Part shown: piece by piece, positions 33,743-36,996 of the stretch | Layout of the letters: the number at the start of each line of letters is the position of its first letter | Numbering within the stretch: position 1 is the first letter of the stretch | Origin: Octopus sinensis | Taxonomy: Eukaryota | Reading direction: 5' to 3' | Length of the DNA stretch: 36,996 nucleotides | NCBI RefSeq assembly: GCF_006345805.1 | Contig: NW_021826223.1 | Span: 1 to 36,996, forward strand | Program-made: the position numbers and the translations under genes | Notes under the pieces: generated by a model | What the model saw: the letters and a program-made list of their open reading frames with translations, nothing else | Told to the model about the DNA's origin: nothing | Database searches by the model: none

Positions 33743-33975
33743 TCTTTTACACGTTTCAGTCATTTAACTGTGGCCATGCTGGAGCAGACTGAGACCATGA
33801 TGGATACCGCCTTGGGGAATTTTAGTTGAACGAGTGTGACTCTAGTACTAATTTTTTGATAGCCTAGTACTTATATCGGTGTCTTTTACGAAATCGCTAA
33901 GGTACGGGAACGTAAACACACCAATACCGGTTGTCATGCGATGGTGGGAGACAAACATAAACACAAAGACAAACA
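33743..33975 (-). mobile_element. SINE type B 3' half
   Basis: gtttcagtcattt...ggccatgctggagca...taccggttgtca. Confidence 0.75.
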
Positions 33976-34559
33976 CACACATACACACATACATACATGC
34001 ACATATATATATATATGTGTGTGTGTCTGTATATGTGCATGTAGGAATGTATACATAACTATATGTAACTATATATGTGTGAATTTTCATATATATCCAT
34101 ATATATAGTATATGTAAGTGTGTGTGTGTGTGTATACGCACACATACACATACATATATACATATATGAATACGCCTTCTCTCTTCATTTCTTAGAATTC
34201 TTAGTTTGCGTCATTTCTTTTTTATTCTTTAAGCTTTGATTCCGAGTCAATTGTCCATTTTGATTGCAACAGTAATTTATAAGGGAATTAAATAATTAGA
34301 TCATTTACATATGATCTTTCAGTTGAAAGTCAAATGATATATTTCAAATGGATTCACATTAAGTATATTAGATTATATGTATATGTATATACATGTACAT
34401 GTGAGATGTATGTACTTATGTGTGTAAGTATATGTGTGTGAGCGTGCGTATGTATGTACATACGTGCAGAGAACGAGATGGAGTGAGAATCAAGCTGGAT
34501 AGATAATGCGACAGGTAGGCAGATAAGCAGAGAGAAAGATAGGCAGATTCAGCAGACAG

Positions 34560-34565
34560 ACAGAC

Positions 34566-34664
<99 letters not shown>

Positions 34665-34670
34665 CAGACA
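34560..34670. repeat. (GATA)n microsatellite
   Basis: Directly visible. Confidence 0.92.
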
Positions 34671-34804
34671 GAGAAAGAGAGAGGTGGGGATAAAAGGATC
34701 TAGAGAAAGACAGTGAATAGATTTAAAGAATTTAGTTGATACATGTATTTATATATACATGCACACACACACACACATCCAGACTTATGTATGTATACAT
34801 GTAT

Positions 34805-34968
34805 ATACGACGAGCTTCTTTCAGTTTCCGTGAACCAAATCCATTCACAAGGCTTTAGTTGGGGCGGGACTATAGTAGAAGACACTTGCCTAATGTGCCA
34901 TGCAGTGGAACTGAACCCAAGACTACATGGTTGGGAAGCTAGCTTCGTGCCCCCTGAGCCACACCTGT
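34805..34968 (-). mobile_element. SINE type B head and core
   Basis: Homologous to 1639-1781. It could be the 5' part of the element whose tail is at 33743-33975. Confidence 0.78.
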
Positions 34969-35558
34969 GTCTGTATGACATTTTTATTTAATCTTAACAA
35001 GATCACATCTCTGATGTTTAGGACATATCTCTATGTATTAATCGTATAAACCATATCTCATATCTATGCTATATATTTATATAAAACTTAACTTTACATC
35101 TCAAATTCTTTAGAACAGTTGGAAGAGCCAGTTGTTGGATATGGCTCAAAAGAAATGATAAAATCTAGTTGGAGATGTGATGTGTGTGTGTGAGGCAGGG
35201 ATCTGTTGGCTTATATTGGAAGTTAAACCCGAACGACTCCACAATTTTATCATGGTAGCCATGACCCATAAATGGAATTAAGCTGGATTTCTTGTTAGTC
35301 GATCCAGTTGGTGGGGTATCGTATTAGTAAGTTGGAGCAGGTGCACAGTAAAACCATTGAGAGAAAGGGCCTGAATCGGTGCGCATTCTCTCCTGGTGAC
35401 CCCTGAAACCTACTGGACTCCGGAGAGCGGAGTGATTGACTGACCGCACTTGCGCATGGAAGCTGTTGACAAGTTTTAAACTCCGCAGCACATCTTAGGT
35501 ATTTCATTATTAATAATAATCATATTAACAACGATATTTTAAATATTAACAATATCGA

Positions 35559-35975
35559 AGGTGGTGGGGCTGGCAGAATCGTTAGCACGCCGGGCTAAAT
35601 GATTAGCGTTATTTCGTCTGCCGCTACGTTCTGGGTTCAAATTCCGCCGAGGTCGACTTTGCCTTTCATCCTTTCGGGGTCGATAAATTAAGTACCAGTT
35701 GCGCACTGGGGTCGACGTAATCGACTGAATACTTTTGTCTGTCCTTGTTTGTTCCCTCTATGTTTAGCCCCTTGTGGGCAATAAAGAAATAAGAATCGTT
35801 AACACGCTGGGAAAAATGCTTAGTGGCATTTGTTCTGAGTTCAATTTCCGACGAGGTTGACTGTGCCTTTCAACCTTTCGGGGTCGATAAAATGGGTACT
35901 AGTTGAGCACCAGGATCGATGTAATCGACTTACCAATTCCCCAAAATTTCTGGCCCTGTACCAAAATTTGAAATC
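35559..35975 (+). mobile_element. Two SINE type A copies in tandem or nested (35559-35795 tail variant 1; 35792-35975 tail variant 3)
   Basis: Two consecutive head/body units; the second lacks its first ~15 nt. Confidence 0.88.
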
Positions 35976-36431
35976 AATATTAAATCATATTAAAAAAAAC
36001 AAGTATGAAGTACTTATGAGTCTGGGTTATGTCTTCCTAACAAGTCCTCACCAGTTTCTGAGGATCTGAAAAGAGTAATCAGCACTATACTTTAACTTAA
36101 AGGCCGTAGAAAATATAATAAAATAAAGTAATTGAGTTAAAGAAAAAGTTTCGTTTTCCTTTATCTTGTAGAAATGAGTCTATAACTCACTTATATGCAC
36201 AGAATCTACGTCACCTTGATTTATTCTTGATGCACTACACAGGAAAAGAGGCTAACAGGAACTGAATAATCATCAACTCCTGTATTTAGATTCTGCAGTA
36301 ATTACTGAAATTGCATCTGCTAAATCCTATAAATTCTCTTCTGAATTATCTGTAAACAACGCCGATCTTCACACTGGTTCCCCTGGGCACCGGAAGTTTC
36401 AGAAGTTTTCTAAAAAAAAATCTTTAATTAT

Positions 36432-36645
36432 TCTTTTCTACTCTAGACACAAGGCCCGAAATTTTGGAGGAGGGGCAGTCGATTAGATCAACCCCATTGC
36501 GTAGCTGGTACTTAATTTATCGAGCACGAAAGGATGAAAGGCGAAGTCGACCTCGGCGGAATTTGAACTCAGATCGTAAAGACAGACAAAATACTGCTAA
36601 GCATTCCGCCCGGCGCGCTAACGTTTCTGCCAGCTCCGCCGCCTT
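36432..36645 (-). mobile_element. Full-length SINE type A (tail variant 2)
   Basis: Complete head and body; tail ...aatttcgggccttgtgtctagagtagaaaaga. Confidence 0.9.
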
Positions 36646-36669
36646 AGAATGTTTAATTATTTCAATGAT

Positions 36670-36818
36670 GATGTTGATGCTTGCGAAATCTCTTTCCTTT
36701 CTTCTTTCATTCATTCTTTTCTCCTTTCTATCTTTCGTTCGTTCTTTCTTTTTATCGTTCTTTCTTTCATTCATTCTTTCATTCTTTCTTTCTTTCTCTC
36801 TTTCATTCTTTCACTCTT

Positions 36819-36858
<40 letters not shown>

Positions 36859-36996
36859 TTACTCATACGCACACACAGAAAGATACTAGCACGTACATAT
36901 ATGTGTGGGGATGCATATGTACGTTTGTATATACATATACTTACATGCACACACGTACACACACACACACACAGATGCACGCACGCACACATACAC
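36670..36996. repeat. (TTTC)n,(CT)n,(CA)n microsatellites
   Basis: Directly visible. Confidence 0.85.

Noticed and set aside
36171-36410. Strong splice acceptor (tttcgttttcctttatcttgtag) followed by partly open frames
   Set aside because: All frames stop within about 30 codons, no donor or recognisable protein is present, and RNA-seq would be needed.
1-36996. CRISPR array or prokaryotic operon
   Set aside because: No regularly spaced repeat-spacer units or gene-dense structure; the sequence is eukaryotic repeat-rich DNA.

Overview
This is gene-free, repeat-saturated eukaryotic DNA. It is inferred to be intronic or intergenic octopus genome, from the tRNA-derived SINE families and the TA/TACA/triplet microsatellite load. 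No intact protein-coding gene is supported. Nearly all ORFs in the track are microsatellite read-outs or SINE frames. Recognisable content: (i) about 30 copies or fragments of three tRNA-derived SINE types, several nested and four with 13-17 bp TSDs; (ii) two non-autonomous Helitrons; (iii) two decayed mariner transposase fragments and an RTE-LINE 3' fragment; (iv) Penelope-like element (PLE) fossils, namely an RT-thumb/linker with WFNPPFS and a GIY-YIG C-terminus; (v) a 624-bp tandem duplication. The most striking signal is about 10 type I hammerhead ribozyme (HHR) motifs from several unrelated sequence families. Most have self-complementary stem III, several have intact cores, and many sit in or beside long fold-back palindromes. 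All coordinates were read by eye and may be off by a few bases. No ribozyme activity is demonstrated.
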